A stretch of DNA of 64,000 nt from Candidatus Berkelbacteria bacterium Licking1014_7. GTDB lineage: Bacteria; Patescibacteriota; UBA1384; GWA2-35-9; CG2-30-39-44. How positions within the stretch are numbered: the stretch's first letter is position 1; each line of letters begins with the position of its first letter. This document shows, in pieces, positions 1 to 8,849 of the stretch. The stretch spans positions 2,085 to 66,084 of the forward strand of contig VMGK01000005.1 of assembly GCA_007376535.1 (NCBI GenBank). Reading direction: 5' to 3'. The notes beneath the pieces were generated by a model. It had not been told where the DNA came from. It saw only the letters and a list, made by a program, of their open reading frames with translations, and ran no database searches. Position numbers and translations under genes: made by a program.

Positions 1-2
1 TG

Positions 3-281
3 GTGGATAGCCGACGGACTGGCGACAGCGGCGGGACAAATAAAGACGAAAGCATTCCAGCCGGCGAGATGGTTTCAGTGGTAACGTTGGGCGCTTATAA
101 TTTTGTCAAAGTGGATGCCGGCAGTAAAGCGATTGCGGTCGGCGACTATTTGAAATCGTCCAGTAATCCGGGATACGCAACGCGGGCAGACCAGCCCAAG
201 CAGAGTTATACTTTTGGTCGCGCGCTCGGCGCTTGCCCTAAAAACACCACCTGCGAGATACCGGTTTTGATTTTAAGATAG
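3..281 (+). CDS. C-terminal fragment of an unidentified protein; the 5' end lies outside the window
   Basis: Open frame runs from the window edge to a stop at 281. No recognisable motif. Confidence 0.3.
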   Translation: MDSRRTGDSGGTNKDESIPAGEMVSVVTLGAYNFVKVDAGSKAIAVGDYLKSSSNPGYATRADQPKQSYTFGRALGACPKNTTCEIPVLILR

Positions 282-398
282 ACAACAAACTTCATTCTTA
301 AATCTGTAGAGCAATGATTATCAACCTGGCGCTTTTTGTGTTGTCAACCGTTGGCTTCGGCGTTCAGCAAATTTACGCCGGTGTCTGAGGTATAAATA

Positions 399-1004
399 AT
401 GTCTAAAACAATTCTTTTTGTTGACGGTTCGAATTTATACGGTGGTTTCACAGAGATATTAAAACCGGGAGAATATTTTGATTTTTCATCTTTTCTTAAG
501 ATTATGGAAAAAGATTTCAAAATAGATCAAGTAAATTTTTACGGCACCTATATGCGAATAGATAAAAGAAAATCAAAAGAAATTCATAAATTATCGGTTA
601 TGGCTCAGAAAGCGTTTTTTGACAGCGCCAAAAGAAATCCTAAGGTTAAATTTACCAAAGGGCATTTTTCGGGTTTTGGCAAAGAGAAAGCAGTGGATGT
701 GAAACTGGCGGTTGATATAGCAGTCGGCGCGGCGAGGAATGAATATAAGGAGGCGATTATAATGACAGGAGACGCTGATTTTATCTATGCGGTTCGGACC
801 GCAAAAAACGAAGGCAAACCAGTGCATTTGGCGGCGTTTTGCACTCGCTTTCCATACGGAATGTTTTTTTCCGCAGATCAAAAAATCGTTTATGATTTTG
901 GCAGATATTTTAAGAAACACATTTTGCCTAACCTGAAATTCAAGCCCAAGAACCTGATTATTAAAGAAATCAGCCCGAAAATTAAAATTAAAGTGATAAA
1001 ATGA
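399..1004 (+). CDS. NYN-domain (LabA-like, PIN-like) predicted RNA nuclease
   Basis: N-terminal FVDGSNLYG, with a downstream acidic cluster EKAVDVKLAVD and MTGDADF, both typical of NYN/LabA domains. Confidence 0.65.
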   Translation: MSKTILFVDGSNLYGGFTEILKPGEYFDFSSFLKIMEKDFKIDQVNFYGTYMRIDKRKSKEIHKLSVMAQKAFFDSAKRNPKVKFTKGHFSGFGKEKAVDVKLAVDIAVGAARNEYKEAIIMTGDADFIYAVRTAKNEGKPVHLAAFCTRFPYGMFFSADQKIVYDFGRYFKKHILPNLKFKPKNLIIKEISPKIKIKVIK

Positions 1005-1109
1005 AGAACCCGACACTTTGTGCCGGGTATGTTGTTTATAGTATAATAAATTAAATTAATGCTGTCAAGAGGGAGTTATCCACAGAAAATAATCTCAAAT
1101 GATAAAACT

Positions 1110-1284
1110 ATAATATCAATTTTCAAAATTATCTTGTTTGAAACATTGATAATTGAAACATTGTAAATTCAATGCCTGCCCGCCATAATTGCCTGAATGG
1201 AACACGAATGAATAATTCGAGTGGAATATCAAGCAATGAAGGTGGGAAAATTGAGAATTGAAAATTGAATTCAAGATTTTAAAC
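1110..1284 (+). repeat. About 170-bp repeat (core GAAACATTGTAAATTCAATGCCTGCCCGCCATAATTGCCTGAATGGAACACGAATGAATAATTCGAGTGGAATATCAAGCAAT...), copy 1, upstream of the LamG gene
   Basis: About 93% identical to 7170-7356, upstream of tyrS. Confidence 0.65.
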
Positions 1285-1338
1285 TTTACATTGTCATTTT
1301 GAGATTTGAATTTTGAGATTTGAATTTGAGATAGATTT

Positions 1339-2775
1339 ATGAAAAATTTCAACAAAAAACTCATTTTGTTCATTCTGGCGCTTTTTGTGTTGTCAACCGT
1401 TGGCTTCGGCGTCCAGCAAATTTACGCTTCGTTTTTGCGCGTTTCAAATTTGAATAAAGGTTTAGTCGGGCAGTGGGATTTGTCAAAAGAGAGTATGAAG
1501 TCGGCAACTGTTTTTGGGGACAGAACCCCTTACGGAAACAACGGCACTTCGGCAAACACTCCCACCCTTACCACTGACCAAAAAGGTCAGGCGAACAAGG
1601 CTTTGAGCTTTAATGGGACGAGTGATTATGTGGGAACTGGGACGAAAGTGTTATCTTCTTTCACTGCCATTACTGTAAGTGCTTGGGTTAAGTTTAATAC
1701 AACCGCAAATTATGACGGTTGGGTTAATCAGTGGGGGTCAGGCGTCTATAATGGATATGCTCATAGGATTTCAGATTCAGCCCCATATAAACAATACTTT
1801 GAGGTAAGTATAAACGATGAGAATCATGCTATTGGCGCTACGACTTTATCTACAGGAACTTGGTATCATCTTGTCGGGACGTGGACTAGCGGAGATAATG
1901 TTAGGGTTTATCTTAATGGAACATTAGATGGTACAAGCGCAACTGTGAAGACAGGAACTATTACGCCAAACAAAAATTTTGGAATAGGTTTCCTGCAATG
2001 GAGTGGAGCGAACCCTGCGAACTATCACAACGGCTCCATTAACGATGTGCGTATATACAATCGGGCGTTGACCCAAACCGAAATCACCCAACTTTACAAT
2101 CAATACGCTCCCAAACTCCAAGTCAACTCTTTAAGCAAAGGACTTGTCGGGCAGTGGAAACTCTCGCAGGCAAGCAAAAAAGGAACATTATACGGCGACT
2201 CCACCCCTTATTCCAACGACGGAACACCAGTAGGCACAACCCCCACCACCGACAGGCACGGACAAAGCAATATGGCTTTAAGTTTTAATGGGACGAGTGA
2301 TTGGGTGGATTTAGGAAATTTTTTAACGAATTGGCAACCACAAAGTATTTATACATTATCAGTTTGGTTTAAAACTACACTATCAGGTACAAACCAAGCA
2401 GTATTTGGTAATTTACAAAGTGGAGCACATGGCTATATTATTAGGATGCAAAATGAATCTATTTCTTATACTGTCTATGGTAGTGGAGTCAACGGAGTAT
2501 CTGCTTCAGCAAACTGGGTTAATATCCCAGATTCTAATTGGAATCATCTAGTCGTAATTGGAAATAATAAGGTTTTTAGTTTTTATCTAAATGGAAATCT
2601 CGTTCCAATAACTTCAAATAATTTAGTAGATGCTTCTTATACAGTGGGTGCTACACAAAGCACTAGAATAGGAGATGCATGGGTTTTTAAATTTACCGGC
2701 TCCATCTCCGATGTCCGCATTTACAATCGGGCGTTGAGCGCCGCTGAAATTTTGCAGTTGTATAATTTGTACTAA
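1339..2775 (+). CDS. Secreted protein with two LamG-like (concanavalin A-like lectin, Laminin_G_3) domains
   Basis: Signal peptide MKNFNKKLILFILALFVLSTVGFGVQQIYA. Two repeats of LVGQW.LS ... ALSFNGTSD.V ... DVRIYNRAL..EI.QLYN. Confidence 0.7.
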   Translation: MKNFNKKLILFILALFVLSTVGFGVQQIYASFLRVSNLNKGLVGQWDLSKESMKSATVFGDRTPYGNNGTSANTPTLTTDQKGQANKALSFNGTSDYVGTGTKVLSSFTAITVSAWVKFNTTANYDGWVNQWGSGVYNGYAHRISDSAPYKQYFEVSINDENHAIGATTLSTGTWYHLVGTWTSGDNVRVYLNGTLDGTSATVKTGTITPNKNFGIGFLQWSGANPANYHNGSINDVRIYNRALTQTEITQLYNQYAPKLQVNSLSKGLVGQWKLSQASKKGTLYGDSTPYSNDGTPVGTTPTTDRHGQSNMALSFNGTSDWVDLGNFLTNWQPQSIYTLSVWFKTTLSGTNQAVFGNLQSGAHGYIIRMQNESISYTVYGSGVNGVSASANWVNIPDSNWNHLVVIGNNKVFSFYLNGNLVPITSNNLVDASYTVGATQSTRIGDAWVFKFTGSISDVRIYNRALSAAEILQLYNLY

Positions 2776-2801
2776 TCCTCATCCTTTCACCTAACCCAAT
2801 T

Positions 2802-2840
2802 TTACGACACGGAGTGTCGTAAATCGTATTTTCATTTTTT
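2802..2840 (+). terminator. Putative rho-independent terminator of the LamG gene
   Basis: Perfect hairpin TTACGACAC-GGA-GTGTCGTAA followed by a T-rich tract. Confidence 0.5.
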
Positions 2841-2857
2841 AACGAGGCTCCATCTCC

Positions 2858-2895
2858 TTGACCCGTTAGTAGTGTTCCGCACTACTTTACGGGTC
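2858..2895 (+). repeat. 38-bp palindromic mini-insertion (CCCGTtAGTAGTG-TTCCG-CACTACTttACGGG core)
   Basis: Near-perfect inverted repeat sitting exactly between codons of the LamG remnant. Removing it restores the reading frame. Confidence 0.5.
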
Positions 2896-2911
2896 GATGT
2901 CCGCATCTACA

Positions 2912-3205
2912 CCCTGTGAAATTTGTAAATTTTTGAAGATAAGATGAAATTTTATTATACTTATATCCTTAAAAGTATAAAAGACAATAAATTGTATACT
3001 GGTTCAACAAAAAATTTACAAGAACGATTTGAGCAACATTGTAAGGGAAAAGTTTTTTCAACTAAGCATCGCAGACCATTAGAATTGATATACTATGAAG
3101 CTTGCTTAAATGAAAATGATGCTCGTCGCAGAGAAAGAGTATTCAAATCTTACAGAGGTAAAATGTTTATAAAAAGAAGGCTCAAATCGTATTTCACAGG
3201 GTAAA
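2912..3205 (+). mobile_element. 294-bp GIY-YIG nuclease cassette bounded by 11-bp perfect inverted repeats CCCTGTGAAAT / ATTTCACAGGG
   Basis: Inverted repeats at 2912-2922 and 3191-3201. The segment length is a multiple of 3 and removing it restores the LamG remnant frame precisely. Confidence 0.55.
2944..3204 (+). CDS. GIY-YIG domain nuclease (UPF0213/YhbQ-like small stand-alone GIY-YIG protein)
   Basis: YTYILKS...KLYTGSTKNLQERFEQH...RRPLELIYYE...RRRERVFKSYRG matches the GIY-YIG motifs (GIY, YIG, Arg and Glu core residues). Confidence 0.75.
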   Translation: MKFYYTYILKSIKDNKLYTGSTKNLQERFEQHCKGKVFSTKHRRPLELIYYEACLNENDARRRERVFKSYRGKMFIKRRLKSYFTG

Positions 3206-3316
3206 ATCGCGCCCTCATCGCCGCCGAAGTCCAACAACTCTACAATTCCTACTAATCCCATTATTCTCTTAAACTTTTATACTCTTACACTTTGAAACTT
3301 TACCCTTGTATACTAT

Positions 3317-3413
3317 GAACCCATTGCAAATCTCTCCAATCTACTACAATATGCCACATTTGGCTACAAAATACTCATCGTTCGTCATCGTCCGCCTTGG
3401 CGGATGCTTCCTC
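3317..3413 (+). mobile_element. MITE copy, 5' half only (terminal repeat GAACCCATTGCAAA), abutting and truncating the four-helix-bundle gene
   Basis: 97 bp nearly identical to 21725-21821 and 24893-24988. Confidence 0.6.
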
Positions 3414-3696
3414 TTCCGTCTCAGTGATGAGCAATCTCGCCGAGGGTTTTGAGCGCGGAACGCGCGAAGATCAAATTTATTTTTACTATATCGCCAAAGC
3501 ATCAGCCGGTGAAGTTCGTTGTCAGCTTTACATCGCGTATGACCAGAATTTCATTACAAAACAAGAATTAGACGATAACCTTACTCTTTGCAAAAAAACT
3601 TCCGCCACAATTTACCGCTTCATTGAGAGTGTAAAAGTTTCAGAGTATAAGGGTTTAAAGTTCAGAAAACCGATTAGAATTTTGGAAAAATTATGA
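3397..3696 (+). CDS. Four-helix-bundle protein (23S rRNA intervening-sequence protein family), N-terminally truncated. The first codons derive from the MITE
   Basis: SNLAEGFERGTREDQIYFYYIAKASAGEVRCQLYIA fits the IVS four-helix-bundle consensus. The usual N-terminal half is missing. Confidence 0.5.
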   Translation: MADASSSVSVMSNLAEGFERGTREDQIYFYYIAKASAGEVRCQLYIAYDQNFITKQELDDNLTLCKKTSATIYRFIESVKVSEYKGLKFRKPIRILEKL

Positions 3697-3796
3697 CAAA
3701 CCCAAATTACGGCACTTAATTCCTACCGAATATCGTGATAAGATATTAAAGAAAGGTAAAAACTCTTAAACAGGAAAAGGGGAAGGAGAGATAGAT

Positions 3797-6637
3797 CTAC
3801 TTGGTCTTGAAATTGTAAATAGAACTGGTGGCGGAGTTGGCGCTGCTGTCTTGCGAAACGATCTTAAAATAATATACGGTGGCGCTATTGAGATTGGCAA
3901 GCGTCAAAGAGTGGTTAGTAAATCCAGTTGTTTCTGTGACGGTTTTGGCATTAAGCGTGGTATTAATCAGTCCGTATTGGATATAACTTTGGCTAGGTTT
4001 GTCTGTTGTAAAACTAATTATGGCGGAGTTGGCAGTGGCTGAAACCAAGATATTGGAAATTTTAGGACCACTAGTATCAGGAGATACCAAAAATTTTATT
4101 TGTTTGTAAGCGGACGCCCCATTTTTATCAAAAGCAAAAGCGGTTAAAGTATGTTCTCCGACTGATAATCCATTCACATTGTAGGCGAGAGAGTAGGGGC
4201 TTGATGTGGCTTTGCCTATTTCAATATTATCAATTGAAAACGCCACTTCCCTGATTTCAAAATGCGCAGACGCAGATGCGGAAAAAACGGTTTCGCCTGT
4301 GGTCGTAGAATTTTCAGTCGGCGCAATTATTTCCATCACCGGCAATTTGTCTAACGAATTATACATATCGTCTTTTTCAGTCGGCGGCTGGTTGTCCATT
4401 CCTCGTTCAGCCGCCCACGCCAAAACCGGTCCCTCCCAGTTGCTGTTTTGCGGTTTTTCCGAGTGAATTTCTGTGTATAATTTTTCCTCAATTACTTCTT
4501 TAGGGGTAAATTCAGTGGCTAATTTACCATTTAATTTATTGATTTTAACCCGAATATGAATGTCGTCTTTTTTATCTGGCGCCTGCCAAGAGGTAAAAAT
4601 GTCCTTGATAATTTCCGGTGAATCAGCGGTAGGAAGTTTGTTGGATAATTTGTCAACTTCTATTTCGCGAATGCCCGACGGCTGATCAAAGCCCTTATTT
4701 TCTTTAGACAGCAGAAAACTTTTCATAAAAGCATTCCAAATCGGCGCGGCCACCACTGATCCGTCCGCGCCTTTTTTCATTCCGTCATTATTAGTATTTC
4801 CCACCCAGACAGCGGTTGAAATTTGCGGGGTATAACCCACAGTCCAGGCATCGTGAAACTCTTGAGTGGTGCCTGTCTTGACTGCCACTGTCTTGCCCGG
4901 AATGCTTAAATTATTGGTAAATCCAAAGACAGCGCCGCGGGCGTGATTGTCTGATAAAATATTGTTGATTTGGTAAGCGATTTGCGGATCAAGCACTGGT
5001 TTTGTTTCAAGATTTTCTGTCTTAAATTCTTCAAGTATTTTTCCGTTGTCGTCCTCGACTTTTAGTATGCCGGTGAGGGGCGCTTTTTTTCCTCCATTGG
5101 CAAAGACGCTAAAGGCGCCTGCCATTTCAATCGGTTTGACTTCGCCGCCGCCTAACACCAGAGAAAGTCCGTATCTGTCGGGTTGGGTTAAAGTGGTAAT
5201 TCCCAAATCCGCAGCGGTTTCCAGCGCTTTTTTAACGCCGACTAACCCCAATGTTTTGACTGCGGGAATGTTCAGAGAATTAGCCAGCGCCAAGCGCATT
5301 GAGACCGGACCGCGCTTGGAGCCGTCATAATTGTTGGGTACATAACCGCCGCCAAAATCAGTCGTAAGGTCAAAAAGAGTAAAAGCTGGGTTGTATTTAT
5401 CTTTGAAAGCAGTGGCGTAGACGATGGGCTTAAAAGACGAGCCCGGTTGGCGATTAGAAGTGGTGACATTTACCTGCCCATCAATGTCATCGTTAAAATA
5501 ATCGCGCGAGCCCACCATTGCCAGCACTTGTCCAGTGCTGGGGTCAATGGCGACCAGAGCGGCATTGTTGGCGCCATAGCGGTCTAATTTTTTACTGCCG
5601 GCTTCAATTGCGTCTAACGCTTTTTTTTGCGTATCAATATCTAATGTGGTGGTGACTTTCAGCCCGCCTTCTTCAACCATTTTTTCTCCATATTTTTCAG
5701 CCAGATATTCACGAATATAAAAAACAAAATGAGGAGCGATTAATGACTCGGACAGGGGGGTAAAGGTGATTTTGGCTTGCCGGGCTTTTTCCGCTTCATC
5801 TTTGGTGATATAGCCCAATTTTGCCATTTTTTCTAAAACCAGATCTTTTCGTTTGAGCAGTTTGTCTTTGTTAGCGCCATAAGGCGAGTAAAAAGTGGGC
5901 GCTTGCGGAAGCGCGGCAAGAGTGGCTGATTCTTCAAGTGTTAGATTTTTGGCGGGCTTGCCAAAATATTTACGGGACGCGGCTTCAATCCCATAAGCGG
6001 TTGAGCCATAAGGAATTTCATTTAAGTACATTTCTAAAATTTTGTCTTTGGAGTACATCATTTCCAATTCTAAAGACAGGATGAGTTCTTTAATTTTGCG
6101 CGAATAGGTTTTTTTCGGATTCAGAAGCGCGTTTTTGACATATTGTTGGGTAATGGTGGAGCCGCCTTGGGTAAAGCGCGATTTGCCAGTTAAGTTGTAA
6201 TAAATGGCGCGAAAAACGCCGGAAAAATCTAATCCGCGATGCTGATAAAAATCTTGGTCTTCAATGCTAACCGCAGCTTTTTTAACATAGTCGGGAATTT
6301 GGTCGGACGGAATAATCATCCGTTGTTTTTCGCCAGAAATAGCGTATAAAAGTTCGCCGTTTCGGTCAAGTATTTGGGTGGACTGCGCAGATTTTAGGGT
6401 TTTAAGTTTGGAAATGGCTGGCAGATCTTTGGAATACCAGACGAAAAGAACAACAATTGTCACAAAAAATCCCAGCGCCACTTTGCCGAAAAGTTTTAAC
6501 CAGCCCCTGAATCCTAATTTTTTGAGTTTGCGCCAGATCCTGTGGGGATTTCTAAGGTGGTTGATATGGCGCTTTATTCCGTGAGAAATTCCTAATGGGT
6601 TGAAAAGTCGTTTAATAAATTTCATGATAAAATTCAT
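3797..6637 (-). CDS. mrcA: Class A penicillin-binding protein (glycosyltransferase GT51 plus transpeptidase) with a C-terminal fibronectin-III/Ig-like extension
   Basis: EDQDFYQHRGLD and GGSTITQQ (GT51); SGSSFKP, SLN and KTGTT (transpeptidase). N-terminal TM anchor. Confidence 0.9.
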   Translation of the reverse strand: MNFIMKFIKRLFNPLGISHGIKRHINHLRNPHRIWRKLKKLGFRGWLKLFGKVALGFFVTIVVLFVWYSKDLPAISKLKTLKSAQSTQILDRNGELLYAISGEKQRMIIPSDQIPDYVKKAAVSIEDQDFYQHRGLDFSGVFRAIYYNLTGKSRFTQGGSTITQQYVKNALLNPKKTYSRKIKELILSLELEMMYSKDKILEMYLNEIPYGSTAYGIEAASRKYFGKPAKNLTLEESATLAALPQAPTFYSPYGANKDKLLKRKDLVLEKMAKLGYITKDEAEKARQAKITFTPLSESLIAPHFVFYIREYLAEKYGEKMVEEGGLKVTTTLDIDTQKKALDAIEAGSKKLDRYGANNAALVAIDPSTGQVLAMVGSRDYFNDDIDGQVNVTTSNRQPGSSFKPIVYATAFKDKYNPAFTLFDLTTDFGGGYVPNNYDGSKRGPVSMRLALANSLNIPAVKTLGLVGVKKALETAADLGITTLTQPDRYGLSLVLGGGEVKPIEMAGAFSVFANGGKKAPLTGILKVEDDNGKILEEFKTENLETKPVLDPQIAYQINNILSDNHARGAVFGFTNNLSIPGKTVAVKTGTTQEFHDAWTVGYTPQISTAVWVGNTNNDGMKKGADGSVVAAPIWNAFMKSFLLSKENKGFDQPSGIREIEVDKLSNKLPTADSPEIIKDIFTSWQAPDKKDDIHIRVKINKLNGKLATEFTPKEVIEEKLYTEIHSEKPQNSNWEGPVLAWAAERGMDNQPPTEKDDMYNSLDKLPVMEIIAPTENSTTTGETVFSASASAHFEIREVAFSIDNIEIGKATSSPYSLAYNVNGLSVGEHTLTAFAFDKNGASAYKQIKFLVSPDTSGPKISNILVSATANSAIISFTTDKPSQSYIQYGLINTTLNAKTVTETTGFTNHSLTLANLNSATVYYFKIVSQDSSANSATSSIYNFKTK

Positions 6638-6760
6638 ATTAAATTAAAATTAAGAATGCAGAATGAAGAAATTAAATTATAATTAAGAAATTTTTGATTT
6701 GCCTGCCCTGCCAGAATGAAATCTACCGCGCCCGCCAAAGTGAAATCTAATTTGAGAAGA

Positions 6761-6801
6761 CCTGCCCGCCATCGCTATCGCTCAGGCGATTAGCAGGCGG
6801 G
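6761..6801 (+). repeat. REP-like nested hairpin CCTGCCCGCCATCGCTATCGCTCAGGCGATTAGCAGGCGGG
   Basis: Homologous copies at 7067-7107, 31930-31970 and, inverted, 46944-46984. Confidence 0.6.
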
Positions 6802-7169
6802 GGAATTATCACCTAATTCTGGAAGAGATTGAATGCGGGCGGGGTTATTTCAATTCTTAATTCTTCATTTTTATTTCTTATTTTGCATTTGCATTATAGC
6901 ATAAAATGGATTACAATAAAATAAAATAAAGCAATCTCAAATCTCAAATTTCAAAACATTAAAAAGATTTAAGAATATAGAATAATCCTAATTATACGAC
7001 TGACGCAAAACTACCTTTTTATATTTTCTTGGATAATCGCTAAAAGCAATCTCAAAATCCAAATCTCCCGCCCGCCATCGCTAGCGCTCAGGCGCTTAGC
7101 GGGCAGGCAAATCTCAAAGTGTAATGCAATGTCTAAAATAAAGGGGATTAAACCGCATTTTCAAATATT

Positions 7170-7356
7170 CCATATCAATTTTCAATGACACAATTTTCAG
7201 ATATTCCTGTTTGTTACATTGAAACATTGTAAATTCAATGCCTGCCCGCCATAATTGCCTGAATGGAACACGAATGAATAATTCGAGTGGAATATCAAGC
7301 AATAAAGGTGGGTAAATTGAGAATTCTAAATTGTAAATTGAATTCAAAGTTTTAAG
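7170..7356 (+). repeat. Copy 2 of the same repeat, ending 7 nt before tyrS
   Basis: See 1110-1284. Confidence 0.65.
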
Positions 7357-7362
7357 AATAAT

Positions 7363-8553
7363 ATGAGTAAATTAACAGCGAAAATTAGCGATTTATTGAC
7401 CCGCGGAGTTTCAGAAATTATTGTTAAGCGCGATTTGGAAAAGCAACTTTTATCCGGGAAAAAATTAAGAATTAAACTTGGGCTTGATTCAAATATTCCT
7501 GATTTGCATTTGGGGCACGCAGTCAATCTGAGAAAATTGCGCGCGTTTCAGGACTTGGGGCATCAAGCGATTTTGATTCTGGGCGATTATACCGCCGCGA
7601 TTGGCGATCCGTCTGGACAAGATAAAACCAGACCGGCGGTTGATGTTTGCCAGACAAAAAAAAACGCGCGGGAATTTTTGAGGCAAGCCGGCAAAATTTT
7701 GGATAAAAATAAAACCGAGGCGCATTGTAATTCCGAGTGGTTTTCTAAAATGAGTTTTTTGGATGTTTTGAATTTGGCGTCCAAAATGACAGTTAAGCAT
7801 ATTTTGAGTCATGACACATTCAGACGAAGAATTAAAAAAGACCAGCCATTTTTTATGCACGAGTTGATGTATCCTTTGATGCAGGGTTATGATAGCGTGA
7901 TGGTGGCTGCTGATGTGGAGTTGGGCGCCAGCGAGCAGAAATTTAATTTGCTTTCTGGCAGGCGGTTGCAGAGGGCATTTGGGCAAAAAGAGCAAAATAT
8001 TTTGATGATGAGGTATTTGATTGGCACAGACGGAAAAGAAAAAATGTCTAAGACACTTGGTAATTTTATCTCTTTGCGCGACAGCGCCAGCGAGATGTAC
8101 GGAAAAATAATGTCAATTCCAGATGTATTGATGCGTGAGTATTTTGAATTATGCGCTGATTTGGAAGTTGGGGAAATTGACAAGTTGATGGTTTCAGCCA
8201 AAACAGAGCCCAAAAAAGTTAAAGAACGATTGGCTGGCGAGATTGTTAAAATGTATTATAGTGAAAAAGATGTTCAATTGGCAAAGCAAGAATTTGATAA
8301 TGTTTTTGGCGCGGTTAGCGGCGCTCCCAGCAAAATTCAGGAAGTTGGTCTGGGCGCAAAAAAAATTGTCTTACTGGGCGCGTTGGTGAAAACCGGTTTG
8401 GTTTTGTCGCGCTCCGAAGCGCGCAGATTAGTCGTCCAGGGCGGGGTGAAAATTGATCAGCAAAAAGTTGATGATGTCAATTTGATAATTGATTTGTCGC
8501 GTCCGAAAATTTTGCAAGTGGGAAAAAGGAAGTTTGTTAGGATTAAAAGTTGA
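7363..8553 (+). CDS. tyrS: Tyrosyl-tRNA synthetase
   Basis: HLGH (DLHLGHAV) and KMSKT (EKMSKTLGN) class I motifs, plus a C-terminal S4 domain. Confidence 0.9.
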   Translation: MSKLTAKISDLLTRGVSEIIVKRDLEKQLLSGKKLRIKLGLDSNIPDLHLGHAVNLRKLRAFQDLGHQAILILGDYTAAIGDPSGQDKTRPAVDVCQTKKNAREFLRQAGKILDKNKTEAHCNSEWFSKMSFLDVLNLASKMTVKHILSHDTFRRRIKKDQPFFMHELMYPLMQGYDSVMVAADVELGASEQKFNLLSGRRLQRAFGQKEQNILMMRYLIGTDGKEKMSKTLGNFISLRDSASEMYGKIMSIPDVLMREYFELCADLEVGEIDKLMVSAKTEPKKVKERLAGEIVKMYYSEKDVQLAKQEFDNVFGAVSGAPSKIQEVGLGAKKIVLLGALVKTGLVLSRSEARRLVVQGGVKIDQQKVDDVNLIIDLSRPKILQVGKRKFVRIKS

Positions 8554-8849
8554 TATTTTAAAATTGGAAGTGAAATGGCAATAAACCCAAGTAAAGAATG
8601 CCGAGGGCAAAGCCCGATGATTCTTTACTTATATTTTGAGGTATAATTGATTTTCAGCACGCCCGCCCACTTGCATTCAATCTCTTACAATATCCTGTCA
8701 AATCCTAAATTATACAATGTCAAAGTCCAAAATCCAAAGACCAAATCAAATCCTAATGATTCAATGTCAAAGTCCAAATTTTTTGACATTAAGATTTTGG
8801 ATTTTGGTATTCATTTGGCATTTGGAACAATTTGGATTTTGACATTTAT

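Larger units (their letters stand above)
2846..3257 (+). pseudogene. Remnant 3' end of a paralogous LamG-domain gene, interrupted by a 38-bp palindromic insert and a 294-bp GIY-YIG cassette
   Basis: Joining 2846-2857, 2896-2911 and 3206-3257 gives GSISDVRIYNRALIAAEVQQLYNSY*, 20/24 identical to the C-terminus of the 1339..2775 protein (GSISDVRIYNRALSAAEILQLYNLY*). Confidence 0.6.

Noticed and set aside
591-1016. 141-aa minus-strand ORF antisense to the NYN gene
   Set aside because: Fully embedded antisense to a motif-supported gene, with low-complexity translation.
1116-1373. 85-aa minus-strand ORF (and its twin at 7114..7347)
   Set aside because: Both lie wholly within the duplicated about 170-bp intergenic repeat. 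Their translations are AT-codon low-complexity and they are better explained as non-coding repeats.
7260-7362. Possible T-box leader upstream of tyrS
   Set aside because: No recognisable specifier-loop, T-box sequence (AATTAGGGTGGNACCGCG) or antiterminator pattern, and the same element precedes the unrelated LamG gene.
7489-8213. Minus-strand ORFs (168, 65 and 108 aa) inside tyrS
   Set aside because: Antisense to a gene with HLGH/KMSKT motifs; spurious.
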